In this document: positions 49,206-63,214 of the stretch, piece after piece
How the letters are laid out: every line of letters starts with the position of its first letter
Position numbering within the stretch: the first letter of the stretch is position 1
Assembly (NCBI GenBank): GCA_973895155.1
Contig: OZ316894.1
Location: 6,596,234 to 6,660,233, forward strand
DNA: 64,000 nucleotides
Origin: Marsupella aquatica
Taxonomy: Eukaryota > Plantae > Marchantiophyta
Reading direction: 5' to 3'
Notes under the pieces: generated by a model
Told to the model about the DNA's origin: nothing
What the model saw: only the letters and a program-made list of their open reading frames with translations
The model's database searches: none
Program-made: the position numbers and the translations under genes

Positions 49206-50765
49206 TCCAGAAATTTTGGAAAGAACTTTACATGGGGGTACTTAAATAGAATCTAGCTAGATTCATTTCAAATAGCACATGCAAAAAGTAGAAAGGAGAA
49301 ATAGGGTACTAGTGACCTATGGTGGGTTTGGGGATCATCTATTTACTTAGATTCATTGCCTGTTTTTTTACTCTAAAGTGATATGTTGTCATATTGGATA
49401 GTTTAATTATTACACAACCAATTTTTTCATTGTTACTTAAGTACATTAATTGTAGTTTCCTTGACATAGTTGACTGTTGACATCTAGCCAGGTTTCACCA
49501 TTGGATAATCCTTCAAGTTCTCTACCATAAGTGCAACACTCTTTCCAATCTGGGGTGAGTCTCTGTCAAAAGCAAGCTTGAGGGGTATTGAAAAGTCTCC
49601 CATAATGCACTAACAATACCAAGTAGTGAGCAGAGTACCCAAAGATCTCTTGCTCTTGATCAACCCCCAAAATGAAATTTATTACTTGATCAACCCCCTG
49701 AGGTCTATCAACAGTCCAGATCTGAGATCTAAAGGTCCATCAACGGTCCAGATTGGGGAAAAGCATGGAGGGGGTGGATTAAGCAAACTTTTTCAAGAAG
49801 GGGGTCTACTAAGCATATCTCTCCCTTGCTCATGTAAGAACCCGAAGCTAGAAATTGCAGGGTAACCCTGAAAGCCTACAGGCATTATCCTTTTCTCTTT
49901 TGTCCTTTAGTGAAGGCTTCCATTAGCATTCCATAGAATCAATTTTTCTTCCCTTTCAAGTAAAAAAAGCTTATTTTTCCATGCTGTCACTTCACGCTTA
50001 ATGAATATTTTTAAACTGATGCCCTTTCTTGGGAACGATTTTACCTTTTATGCAGAGATTCAAATGGCAGTACGATATCTTTAGTTTTAGATGTAAACAA
50101 GAGGTACTGCGGTACTCACGAAGGCATCGAACCGGCAAACTGGCAAAGTGATTTTCTGTTAGTACCTTTAAAGTAATAAATTCCGAGGTGAATTCTGTAC
50201 GGATACCACGGGGTCTCTAAACGACTAAACAGGACTAGTCAGTCAACAAGCAAACTTGACGAACAGTGGAAAGGGATTCCATGTAGAAACGTCAGTGGAA
50301 ACAGACAACGTAATTTCTTCAATTACCGGTGCTCATTGACGGCCCCGATTTCCGTGGGTGAAGGGGACGGGTAGCGTACGTCGTAGATCAAGGTCTGCCC
50401 GTTTGGGTAAAGTGTCGTCAGCAACCAATGTACTGTGCGGGAAGGTGAGTGTTCTGATTGTTCTTCCTCAGAGTAAATTTTTATTTCCGTCATAGACTTG
50501 GGAGCATTTGCACTCAACTAATGCACGAATGTATGTATTATTGTGAATATTAAGCCCGGGTGGGCGAGGGGTTTGTTCTGCCCAACCCCATGGTCTGTAT
50601 AAAATAATCAGTAAATTTACATGGTGAAACCCATGTGTTAGACTGTTTTTGGAAGGACTCTTCAGTTTTGTTAAGACCTCGAGTAGTTTCTACCAGGCAC
50701 CTCAACCAATTGTAAATTGCTGATTTTAGGAAAACCTGTGCATTTAATTGGACAACTTCAGTATG

Positions 50766-51093
50766 TCTCTTTTATCTCCAATTTTTCCAGCATGTTCTAT
50801 GATGTCCAATCTATCAACTCACAAAGTTTGAGATTTTTTAAAAATAGTTTGCTCCATTTCAGATGAGCACCAACATGGCCAGGCAAAATTTATGAACTAA
50901 CTGCAAATAGATATTTCACTTTTTGGGAAGGACACAGTTGTTTGGGCATGAGCCATGGATGACCACTTTTGGGAAGTCGTCAAACATGTCCATTTAGGTG
51001 GAGTACTTTTGGATCTCCTTTAATTTCCAGCATGTTCTCTGATGTCCAATCCATTATCTAACAAAGTTTTAGATTTTTTTAAGATCATTTGCT
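50766..51093. repeat. about 240-bp-period direct repeat
   Basis: tttccagcatgttct(a/c)tgatgtccaatc...acaaagttt(g/t)agatttttt at about 50784 and 51024. Confidence 0.75.
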
Positions 51094-52039
51094 ATGAGGC
51101 AGTCAAATAATAGAAATCAAAACTCCACGTGGGTCAACTGACAACCGGGTCACATGGGTGATCCCAAGTAATGTCATGACATCTTGATACTTTCAGGTTC
51201 TAGGCCATGAAGTCATCAAGGGTGGGTTGCCATTCTCAGAAAATTCATCTGAGTTATGATTGTCAGTCCATCCAAGTTTCACAAATAATGTTGAGGCACA
51301 TCCAAGCTTTATTTTCTAAGCCACAGTAGCATAGTGTTATGACTTAAATTCAGAAATATGTCGTAACGTCAAATAATTCACTTGATTGCAGCTAACTCAA
51401 CAAACTTGGGTGGAGTTTACCAAGGGCGCTAGCCTTAAGATTTTCAGGAATGTGTGGCAGTGAGGACTTCGTGTCCAAGATGGGCATGCACACCTTCAGG
51501 AGCATGACTCCACTCCGCCACGCAATAATTGAGCTCCCCTTTCCCTCCCTTTCCCTCTGTCATGTCATGCCACAGTGGGCAAGTAATTCTAAGTAAAAAT
51601 TGCAAGTTAAATTGCACAAATAAACAGACGGAATACATCATCAACATCAAAATGCTCATCTATGACTATAATCCCCTATCCCACTAAAAAAAGTCTATAG
51701 TCGGTTTACAAAATCAGAAAAGAGCGGGAGTCAATTGTGGCCTTTAATTTCATAAAAAAGTTATTTTTTCTGGCACTGTCAGATCCATCCATAACCATTC
51801 AATCTGAATTGCCTGTGCCTAGCTGCCCTTAGCCTGCCCAAACCTGCCCAAGATGAAAAAATTAACTAAAATTTAAAATGAGAAATTTGAAAATTTTCTT
51901 AGTACAGTAAAACTTTCCAAAATATTTATTTCTTTAAAAGTTAAAACTTAAAACAAAAGAGGAAAAAGTGAAACAAAAAATATTCACTCATTTCATGCCC
52001 TTGTGTTTGAACTCTGCGACGTGGTGCTTCCTTTCCTTG

Positions 52040-52236
52040 CTTACATCTCCTTGCCTCTCCTTAACATCTTTTCTTCTACTTGACATCTTTGACTGACCCG
52101 GACATCTTTGCCTCATCTTGACATCTAAATTTGCCTCGACATTTTTCTTTCTTTAACATTTTTGTTTCATCTAAACATTTTTGTCTCACCTCAACATCTT
52201 TGTCTAGTCTAAACATCTTTGCCTTGCCTCGACATG
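52040..52236. repeat. degenerate about 19-bp minisatellite (acatctttgcctcatcttg)
   Basis: About 10 diverged copies of an acatc-ttt-gcct unit. Confidence 0.75.
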
Positions 52237-53430
52237 ATCTGTGCAACACACAGGCATTGGGCTCATAACACGCTTAAATCTGCATCACAAAATGATTTTG
52301 ATGTTCCATATCGAGCACTCTCAAATATTTTGTTAGTCAGGTATTAAATGTTTAGAATTGTTTGTTTTTTGCACAAGCTAGGATGACACTACAATATAGC
52401 TGTTCTTGTCAGTGATTTTTGAATCTACTAATTGTCAAAATCTCCCTTCCCTAGCTCTCGGTGAGATGATACAAAGGAAAACAAAGGACCAAATATTAGT
52501 ACATAACATATAACTAAATATCAGGCATATCCCACATATTTTTCCTAGTAGGCCTTTGAAATATTTCCAGTTTGAAAATCACTCGCAAAGTATAGAAACG
52601 AAATCACTGATTGATGTTGGGATTTTGGAGACATAAAATCAGTTTTGATTGGTTGGGAGAGTGGAATGATACTTTGACATACCAACAATATACCCAAAGT
52701 AGTAGGGTAAATATGAAATGTGTGAACTCAGCCATAGACACATATTATTCACATTGCTCGTTTTGGCTTGCTTGCAAACACAATAGGTCTATTTAGGGTG
52801 AATTTACAAGCTGGTGGGAATGTAGGGAAGCTATGGGTTGTATTCAAGCTTCCCCTAAATAAATGTCCCCAGTAAAAGAAGGCACATCCCAGCAAACAAT
52901 GGAAATAACCTTTCCCTTGGTGGCATATAATTACCCTTGTACTGCTCTGAAAATTTGTTCTTCTATATTGTCTCTCGAGATGTTCTTATACTAAGGGTGG
53001 CGTTCACTAAGTACCACAACTGATATGCAATTAAAGCGAATTGATTATAGCAGCACCGTAATCACACACTTTGTGCTTATTGTCGGTACTAGATTATGAC
53101 CGGAAACCTACGAGAGTACGAGACCTAACATCATGCTCAACAAGGACAAGCGAAATGTTAATTTTAGACTACAGTTATTCCACCAACATCTCCAAAGAAA
53201 GGATAATTTATCTACAGTAGTTAAGATCGTTCTCATGACACTTTGCACCCTGTTAGGTGTACTTTGCCTCCGTATTTTCTTACTCTGGACAGGTGTACAG
53301 TAATGTTGCATCATTGCACAGTAATACTATGAGGACCTGTCTCCTTCAGCCCACTAATTGAAGTGCTGATGATCAACAACCGCATAGAGCCGTATTATAT
53401 GAACACCACCTTCTACAGTAGCTACATGTC

Positions 53431-54550
53431 GGGGGCGGGGGGAGGGGTGTAACATGTACTCAAAATGTTGAGCTCGGACATCCTTCCATGAAATGAAACT
53501 CGGTAAAAGTCACCCTAGATCGAGACCGGAAATACCATGTCCGTGTTGAAAGCTTTAGAACACTAAAACATTAAAGACTGAACAACTTGGTATGCTCAGA
53601 TTGTAGTTTCAACTGAGTTGTTTTAAATTGGTCATTCTTGAGTGTGAGGAACAGTAAAAAATTACTTGCACAAACAATTTTTTTAATTGCGTGACCCTTA
53701 TTTTTCTATATCCAAGCAATTGCTTCCAAACAACAACCTGGTTGGTAACATCCATTGTGGGGACTCCTCTTTTGGCTAGCAAAGTTGCTAGCCATATGGA
53801 GTCTTAAAAAAACACAAAATATATAAAAGGCAGCAAAAAGCAAAAGAAATTTAAAATCACTAGTGACTTGCTAACAACACTCGCCTTGCAATCAAAATTC
53901 CTGTTTGCTCCCATTATACAATACCTCCTTTAAATTAGATTTGACAAAAGTACCCACCCCATCGACCCTTACCCACAAAGCAATGTGGGAGGGTGGACTC
54001 AACACCATAAGAGTGAATGAAATTTGGTTCAGTCAATAATTTAAGTTCAAAACAATAAGAGAGTTTATTTGAGGTGTACTGGTTTGTTTAAGTATATTTC
54101 ACTTTGTCTATTTACCCATATAGAATAACTAACTAAAATTTTTATGGTAAAATTTGTTTTTTGAAAGGTAAAGGCCACAGTGCAGCCAATGCATACCAAT
54201 GACCAGGAAGGCAAAACTAACTACATGTAGTTTTCAATAATCATCTATATGTTGAGTTGATAACTTGTCTCCACACAGAGAACTCTCTATGGTCAAGATT
54301 GAGCTTTGTTTCTGGCAGTTCCAACTTGATCATGAAGTCATAATGATGGGGTTACTTTATGTCCTTCCCAAGCCCTCATTTGTTGCCCATCATGGGTCTA
54401 GGCTCAATGCAATTGGTGATTCCTCCATTTTGTAATTAGATTGGGCCAGATCCTTTTAAACAACTTGGTCATATATTCTGATGATTCGGGTCCCTAGTAC
54501 ATTGTAATGAATGCTCTGTCATATTCTTTATCTATCAGATCTTTGTTACA
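53431..54550 (+). mobile_element. possible polypurine tract plus orphan 3' LTR
   Basis: gggggcggggggagggg (53431-53447) directly precedes TGTAACA (53448), and the inverted TGTTACA ends at 54550. No matching 5' LTR or pol was seen. Confidence 0.3.
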
Positions 54551-54574
54551 CTTTTGGGTCTCAACGATTCAGCG

Positions 54575-54649
54575 CATGTAAAGTGGTGCTTTTTGACACT
54601 GCACAAGAAACATGTAAAGTGGTGCTTTTGACACTGCACAAGAAACATG
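54575..54649. repeat. 36-bp two-copy tandem duplication
   Basis: catgtaaagtggtgctttt(t)gacactgcacaagaaa occurs twice. Confidence 0.9.
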
Positions 54650-56710
54650 CACGGTTCAATTTTCCAGGAGATTTACTCGAACAGCTCAAACTACACAAAA
54701 ACAATTCCAAGCAAATGAGCAAAGCAAAATTCACATTCATTTGTATTATAGCATTTCTACACACCTTATCGATTGAAACCTCTTTATTTCTTTCCCAACA
54801 CAACATGACTGGACTAATCACACTTATTTGTTATTGCACAAATGCCTGCTGCCTGCTCTTTGAATTGTTGCAAAGTGGTACCAATCCTGCCCAAGCAATT
54901 TTACTGTCTGCATTGTTGTTGCGCAGTATCACCAAGCAGGCTCTGTACAGCACTGTTGAAATTTGGTTGTTGTTTCCACGATAGCTTGGTATCTGGGAGA
55001 TCCATCCGAACGCCGAAAGTCTGGGTTACTAGTCATCTGAATAATGGGTGAAGTACTAGCAATGTGTGACAATGTCTTCAATTCGAAATCCTTGCTCCGT
55101 CCCCTGCCAGAAATTTGAATCCACTGGACGTACTCTGCGAACGCTGTCCATTCCTTGCTATCGAAAAATCATGACAACGTGCGGTTCCAAAGTGCTTCGA
55201 CTTCAACAAGCTCGATGACGGTCCGAGCCGACCGATTGAGCTAGTCCAAGTCAACAGATTGCGACAAGTGCAGATTTCCCAGTGCAAGTTCTTTCTGTCA
55301 GTTCTGGCTCGGTACTGTTGGGGAAGCTCTCATCACGACAAGGCAGTCAATCATCATCCGATGCCCAAGAATCCACGGTCGACATCTCTCCCCAAAACTG
55401 AGGGGACCAACGAAGCCTTCGGATTTTACCCAACAGTTAGGATCGAGCAGGTTCATACTTGCCTCAGTATATTTCAAACTGCCAACAACAAAGGGTGCCC
55501 AACCTGGAGACATGATCCCTTAGTCAAAACCATATAAGGTTTTTGCGGGTACCGTGCAGACTCTAGGCCTCTAGGGTGCCAGGGTGGACTGGTCAGAGTC
55601 TCTCAAATCGGTTACTGCATTGGGCATCACACCTTACACAAAGTCATGCAAGATTCTGGCCGAATCCGTCCGTGCTACCTTCAAATACCATTACATTGCA
55701 TGCAGAAAGTATTGGATTCTAGAGGGAATGAAAGTGAACTCACGGATATGATGGGACATGGGTGGACACGTGATCACGAATGGAGGGAGCTAACTTTGAG
55801 GTGCTGGATTTATTCTTCGGTCTGCTTTGAACTGTCAAATGGAAGTGGAGAGTACTGTTTGCTTTGGGGAACGGAGCAGTGCGAGATTCGAAGGTCATTT
55901 CGAAAGCTAGAGGAATCGAATTTCGAATTTTGCTAGGTATGGTGGGAGATCTTTGTGTCATTAGTTTACTACAGTTTAGGCGGGACGAGAAAAGGTGGCG
56001 GTGTGGTATTGAGGAATGCGGACGTGGCTGGGCCGATGGACTGGTGGCGGTCAAATTGTGTTAGGAAGCCGGTTCGGTCGACGGGACAGTTGTTTGATGC
56101 ATCCAACGCATGCCATCGTCAGGGTTTAGTACCAACTGAAAGGGATTAAGTCATAAGTCATTTTACAGTCCTGCATCAGTGCATCGTGGCTGTTGTCCCC
56201 GCTATTATGACGTTTCGATTTCCTTGTAGCCCGCCTTGTAGTCTTCAGGGTTTAGTACCAAATTATGGATGAATTCATAAGTATTTCCCCGGCACTACAC
56301 GTCCGTATCAGTCGGGCGACAGATCGTTCGTGAGAAAACTTGGTACAGCACCTGCACTCCTAACGCGATGTCTTTGGCAGTACTGTTGTGTAATCATCAT
56401 TCCATTGAAGGCTCAAGTGGTACCCCGTGTGCGCGATCGCTGTATCCTGCCTGGTTGATTGCCCGGTCATTGACTCGCCTCCCTTCTCAAACTTGCAATT
56501 GGATGCTGTAAGCGAAACGGAACGTCGCTCGTTACAAGAGAGGAAACTGTGGTGCCCATCTGTATTTCTGTCCTTCGCCTCGGACATATTTAACTGGCAG
56601 GACCAATTGACAAACTAACGAACTACAGCGGGTGAGGATTATGGCGGTCAGTCCGTATCGGTGAAGATCGAATCGACAACGACGGTGTAGAAGATCAAGC
56701 GCCGCTACAT

Positions 56711-56746
56711 GATCCTGCCAAACTCTGGGCAGAGTTTGGCAGGATC
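56711..56746. repeat. perfect inverted repeat, 17-bp arms, 2-nt spacer
   Basis: gatcctgccaaactctg-gg-cagagtttggcaggatc. Confidence 0.95.
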
Positions 56747-58836
56747 CTGACCCGAACGATAAGACCGTCGACGAATCGCGTCAGTGGCAATCCTGACAAG
56801 GTCAACGTCACCAGATCGACGGAATGCTGCGTTATTATTTCAAGCTTTAAACGTATAAACCTGTGCTTCTTACATGTGGGATGCTGTGTGAGTAGTAAGT
56901 CGCGCAGGGTGCTTAAAAATGTGAAACTAATAAATGTATATGTATTGAATGAATATAACAGCTTCTACAAGGCAGTTCTGCAGTAGCAGAACTTGATGAT
57001 TAGTTTTCCTTAGCTAGGTCGGCGCAAGACAGTGCACTAATTAATCCCAAAACGACGTACTACAATTAACCACCCGATCAGTCAATAGACAGTAGCCATG
57101 CATAAATACGATTGTGAAGAAAACGGTTGCTACTGACCCTCTTCTTTCCGCATTTGTTATGTATCAGCCCAGACGAGAAGCTACAATTATCTTGCAAGAA
57201 ATCACCGAGAGTAATCGGGATGTAATGCTTTTGAGGGTGAAGTCGCATTCAAATAATATCAAGCACAGCAGATCGAGTTCTCTAATCACGCAAACTAGAT
57301 ATATGGCAATTATGGCTGGCCACAAGCGGCTTATAATTGGTGAAGCCTGGCTTACAGCACAATGACTAACGCTTTCAATCTCCCCCCTTCTTCCAGACAT
57401 CTTCATTGTGGTCTGATCCATGCATGCTTCATATGATCTATCGATGACCTGCTGGATCGATCGTTTGTAAGGTTGCAAATCGAAAACAAATGAATGTCAG
57501 CTTTTGCAAAACTGCTGATAAATGCGGAAACGCTATCATGGCTCGTCACTAAAGTAGGAAACGAAAACTAGGTCCTCATCCCCTCAGCGAACTTCGGCGT
57601 ATCACGAAATGACTGCAATTCAAAGGAATGCCATTCCAAAATTTCTTACCTGTCAGGCTCACATCCTAGCGTCGGCTGCATGCTCTGGACGTCAGCTGCT
57701 GGATTTAGGTGCCACATTGCCGACTACTAAAAGGATGGGTTAGGCTTGGCAAGAGTTTTGTGGAAGTCAAACTGTAGCATGGCTGTTGGATCAAGTGGGA
57801 GACTATTTTAGGTCTCGATTATAGATTTTATCATATTAGAATCGCCTTGTGGTTGTCGGTGTGTCCATAGATTTATTGGTACATTCATCTTTTAATCAGA
57901 CGCTTCAGTTTCCCAAGCGTTACTCGTAACTCCTATATATGTCAAGTGATCAAACATTCTTGAAATGAATTGTGGGGCTTGACATTTGATCGACCGTCAC
58001 GGCAACTGGTAGAATATATTCTATTTCTACGACGATGAAAGTCACAAAATGCCAGAGTTACCCAAAGAGATGAACTGTCAATTTGCTTATTTCCCGTGTC
58101 AAGGCTCGTATTTGGTTGTGTCTATGTTCTACAAAAGGGTCAAAAGCTTGCCAGCGCAAAACAGAACCCAGATATAGAAGTGGTATGTTTATTGCAATGC
58201 GGTGACTGCAGAGAAATCCTTGCTTGACACTTCGTAATAGAAACCAGACATCAATTGGTTTAGAGAAATCAAACATCAATTGCTTTAATGAAATAAAAAA
58301 TGAAAAGGAGTTTAAAAAAAAGAGTGAGCTGCAGAAACATCTTTGCTTTACTCCCAATATCATGACAAAGTTTTCTTTAGTTTTTGCCCAATCATGCTCT
58401 TCACTAATACCTTCATCTTTAATGTCAACATATTGTAGCACTGCAAACTGAGCTTTACATTCTATGTTCAGAGTATTATCTTCCATGATCCCCAGGGTAC
58501 CGAGAGGAATATATATTACCACGTTCACATTAATTTAGTCTAGTTGGAAATCCAACAGACTTAGTACCCACATCGATCCTTCCGGAACTCAATATTTTTT
58601 ATGTTTGAATATATCAGAAGCACTTTCATACCCATAGGCTGTTTCTTAAGATTTGCGACTAGGTCTAAATTAAAATAACAACAGATGAAGGTTTTTAATC
58701 ACACAGTCCCCTCAGTGTGCAGGGAAAATCATGGTATTTGCTTTATAAATCTAGAAGATCCCGCCTTCTTAAAAACATTTTCTGGAAAGAGTCACGGTCT
58801 ATGCCTCCAAATTCACATGATCCTGGCTATCATCCC

Positions 58837-58966
58837 ACCCAGAAGAAGAAGCGATATATCATCCCATTTATACCATTAATGTATCATGTCTACCAACTGA
58901 GACCCAGAAGAAGAAGCGATATATCATCCCATTTATACCATTAATGTATCATGTCTACCAACTGAG
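58837..58966. repeat. perfect 65-bp tandem duplication
   Basis: acccagaagaagaagcgatatatc...atcatgtctaccaactgag at 58837 and 58902. Confidence 0.95.
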
Positions 58967-61398
58967 ACTGAGTGAGTCTTCTGAGTGTGTTTTGGGGAAT
59001 AGTTTCGGGTTAAGTTGACATGCATGTTTCTTTTGACTATCACTCCACTACAAACTCCTTCCATCACTTGCGCTTCCACATCTGTAATCTTCAGACATCC
59101 CATGGCTTTTATGCACATCACATGTTTTGACTATATGTGGTGAGATTTCCCACATCCTGCAAACAATATTGGTAATACGAGTCGATATAAAAGAAGTGCA
59201 TATGGTACTCTACATCAAGGGGAATGCAACCTTACAATCATATATATGTAGTTTAATGTAACAATTAATTGGCCGCTTGGTTGCAATAAACAGAAAGAAT
59301 TTTGGCTACACCGATCAGGTACTAAACTTCAGGAGAATCGACCTAACACTAGACATGCAAGCTACCACATCGCTTCCCTGCTGGCCTCTTAGTGGAGACT
59401 TGGTCTGCCTAAATATATACACCAAAGCTGTCTTGGTTTCTGCTAATTAAAGAAAGTTGTGTAGACACGGACAGCTGCAACCATGGACAATATAACTAGA
59501 ACATATGTTCCTTAGCACGCTCAAATAAATAGCACGCACAAGGCAAAACTGTCAAGTCGCCCCAGTAGTAAGTTAAATTTATCCTACCTTATGTGGGGAA
59601 AGCACCTAGTTTGATGCTGGTGTTTCTTAAATCCTACTTACAAAGAAAGTCCTAGAGTATTTGTATTTTCCCCTTAATATGTGGGGTTTGCCAAATCTCT
59701 TGTCTTCATATAGGAGTTTGTAGATTTACCTACACTAGAACTGCCCATAGTCTTTAACAAGAGCCTCAATTCTGGGCTACCAAATGTATCAATGAGTTGC
59801 AAATGGGTAATGATGCATGACAGGGATGCATGCACTCTATTTACAAACGAAATCGAAGCCTGAACCTTAATTAGTAAAAATGTACTTTTCCTCATTAGTT
59901 TTCTCCCTGGAAGGTTTTCCTACTAACTTTTTGAATTCTTACATTTGAAGTAAGTAACATTCCCTATCATTTAATGTGGGATTGTGTCTCATTTACAGAA
60001 TTTGCATTTTCCACATTAGTGTGAGCATGCTAGGGTAAAAGGTCCCTAAATGGGAGTTTTACCAGCATGCCTTGGGAGTGCGTCCATTTTTCGTTGGAGT
60101 TCATGGTATATATGAGAAGGGCTGGTACAAGAAAGGCCACTGTTAAGTGACAAGTAATTGGAGTGGACTAATCTTTCATCTGGCTCGAAGGTTTGGAGCC
60201 CTTTAATACTCGGAGCTGTGGTGTCGCATCCCCCGTCGCTCCTGCATGCCCACTTCTGGGCCACGTATGACTTGGTCGATCTGGTTGATAGGGAGTCTAT
60301 GGACGTTCTTTACGGTTGAATCATTTGTCACAGAGAGAGCTGAATATACCCACCATTCTATTTAAGGTGTATATCATTTCCGACATTTATGGTAGGGAGC
60401 TCATCTGATCGACTCCATGGATTGGCTGTTCCCTGTGCAACATTTGAAACCCTATTCCTAGCCACCACTACTGGGGGACGAGTCTGGGACGAGGTCTGGG
60501 AAAGCTGACAAACATGTGTTTTTGATCCAACACTTACAGTGTTCCTATTGGCGATTGCAAATCATCATGCCCCAGGGAATCCCGCAGGGAATAAGAGCCC
60601 ATTTATTCCTATCTGAACATATCCAAATCTAATCAGAGACAAACTTATGTAAGAACAATATTATGTACACGCTAGATCTAAACTACGAAAATAAAAAGAA
60701 CAGATTCAACCTATTCAGCTATATATGTGCATATGCTCCTTGAGTTTACTGTCATTCTGAACATGTGTGCATATCAAGCCTAATCACGTTGTCCTATATT
60801 GTCGGACTCTTGGTTATCAGAAGCATTTGTAGTTTGAGGAAACCTGATATAATTTGATACATTTTGGGTACAAGGGAAGCGAGGAGGCTAGGAGTCTAGC
60901 AAACCTTGTTATGCATTGTTTTCTAAACATATACCATTTCTGTGAATTCATCCAGCAATAACTAGTTTGATCGGGAAAGAACTCATCTGATAAGATATAT
61001 ACTAGTTTGTACTCGTTTATAATCTGTATATATGCTAAACGTATCCAGTCTGGTCATTAAAGGTGAGATGACGTACCCCGACTGCATAGCAGCGTACAAA
61101 AGAACCAGATGACGCTCTCAGGAACATAGTTAATCACACATATAGTCGACAACTGTTACGTGACGTACGTATCCACCAGGAAGTGTGGGTGGGGGAGTAG
61201 TAAGATCGTTTTTGAGGATATGTAAGCGACAAGTGCCCTAACTTTATCATGATATGTGTACATGCAGAAATCACAAAACAGTGCCAGTAGCTAAGGAACA
61301 TAATTAAATTAGTCACGCATACCACAAATTTAATCATTGTGAGCAGGTAATACAGCTTTTATTATCTTTATTTCACCAAGAGTCTAGCTTATTGCTAT

Positions 61399-61451
61399 GT
61401 TCATGAGAGCCAAAACGGGTGAATGAACCACCCGTTTTGGCTCTCATGAAC
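61399..61451. repeat. perfect inverted repeat, 23-bp arms, 7-nt loop
   Basis: gttcatgagagccaaaacgggtg-aatgaac-cacccgttttggctctcatgaac. Confidence 0.95.
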
Positions 61452-63214
61452 TTTACAGCTGACTGAATTTCTCAGAGCTGCAGAGATTAAACACGGTTTC
61501 AACAGCGGGACACTTTTTTACTCCAAGCCTTCCACACAAAGGCTGGGGTTCTTAGCTACATAGGTAGAGCTTATATATATATAGCAGGTCTGTCTAGAAA
61601 GTGGAACCTTGAAATCCAGCTAACAAATTAAGTCATATTCAGAAGTGTCTTCCTATTTCTTAAGGCTTAACTCTAATTTTTCTTCTTCCTAATTGTGCCT
61701 AGCAGTCAGTCCCACCAGTACTGATCATGTACCCCTTGTCCACGATGACCCTCTAGGATTGTACTTCGGCCACCTATGGAAACAATAGCGGCCTGGAAAC
61801 TGCCTGCTTCCAGTCAAATCCACGCCAATACCAAGAAAAGCAGTTTGCTGTATGTGTATTTCTAATTAGTTATAACCATAGCCGGCCGGTACTTTTTAAA
61901 AATTAATTTTGTCAACTAAATTTACACTGCATGCACATAAAAGCTCAATTAGGTCTGAAATATGACATTGTATGACTTTCAATCTTGACGATAATGACAG
62001 TAAAATTAAATGGAATAGATGCAAAGACTCAAGCTAGCACATTCCTACCAAGATTAGACCCCCTTCTTACCAAAAGGTCTAGAAGATTGAGCGAATGCAT
62101 GACCAAATCAGCAGGAACCACTTTAATGGTCTATGCAGGTGAAATTTTCAAGAGAGCCTGAGATGGAGGGTTAATCTACTTGCGGAGCAGCAGCTCTTGG
62201 TCTAAACAGTTACAATGGCCCTTGCGATTGGTCTAGCTGCCATATATGAGACGGGAATCCAGCTCTTTTGCCAAACATTCAGACATAGACGGCCCTCTCC
62301 TGAGAAGGGAATCCAGCTCTTTCGTTGACAGTTTGGGGACCACTCGCTTCCTCATTCCTCCATTTTTTTTCTTGAAGTCAGTGTCAATTCTTGTGATATC
62401 ACCCAGGGTCAACCACAGTGTTTGCCCTCAACCACGTTATGTTTATATGCACTGCGAAGAATTGCTGTTGTGCTAACGTCATTGAATCTCCAAAGGTGTT
62501 CTTGCCAATTGATTATATATTCTAGAGTCGAAGAATTGCTGTTGTGCCAAGCTTGCCTTGTAATCTGCAGCTGACTTTATGTGCGCGGTTATGCCCAACA
62601 CCAGGCATATATATACATATCAGAAAATTTGGAAAGAGAAATATATTGGGGCGGCCAATTGGTGGGTGTACCCATTGATGCTCATTTTAAAAGAAACGTT
62701 TTGAACCTATGAAAAACTCAGGGACCGACCAACCACCTCAACCCTATCTTTCCGGCCGGCTTGTTTATAATTAAACGGGAGATCACCACTATGGACAGTG
62801 CAAGAAGACACCTTCTAACTCTGAAATGTCATGCCTGCTTTCAGAGCAGAGAATTTCGTACCAAGAGGCTATCGATCAGCACAGCAGCAAATCGTGATCG
62901 AATTAAAATTAATACTCATTATTCTTACGTTGACTCACAAAACTTACGTACAGTGACTTCTGAACTACAGCAGCAGCCCAGCTTCGCCAGGCCGGTATTG
63001 CTCTAGTTAGGCTGGGCCCTAGCTCCTACCTTTGCATGCTGCCCTCTTCTCAATCACAAGCCTAGCTTCCTTTACGTCCGTATGGACCTTGTCACTCCAT
63101 CATTGGGGCTTAAATGTGGAAACATACAGGCCATTTTTCCAGGAATACTGGATATGTGTCAATATATCTGAATTGTCTTCCTTAATTCTGACATAAGATT
63201 GGAAGCGATCGACC

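Noticed and set aside
54511-54984. 157-aa plus-strand ORF
   Set aside because: Lengthened by a tandem duplication, AT-rich, with no domain or splice support.
58058-58528. 156-aa minus-strand ORF
   Set aside because: Non-ATG start, low-complexity AT-rich composition and no recognisable family.
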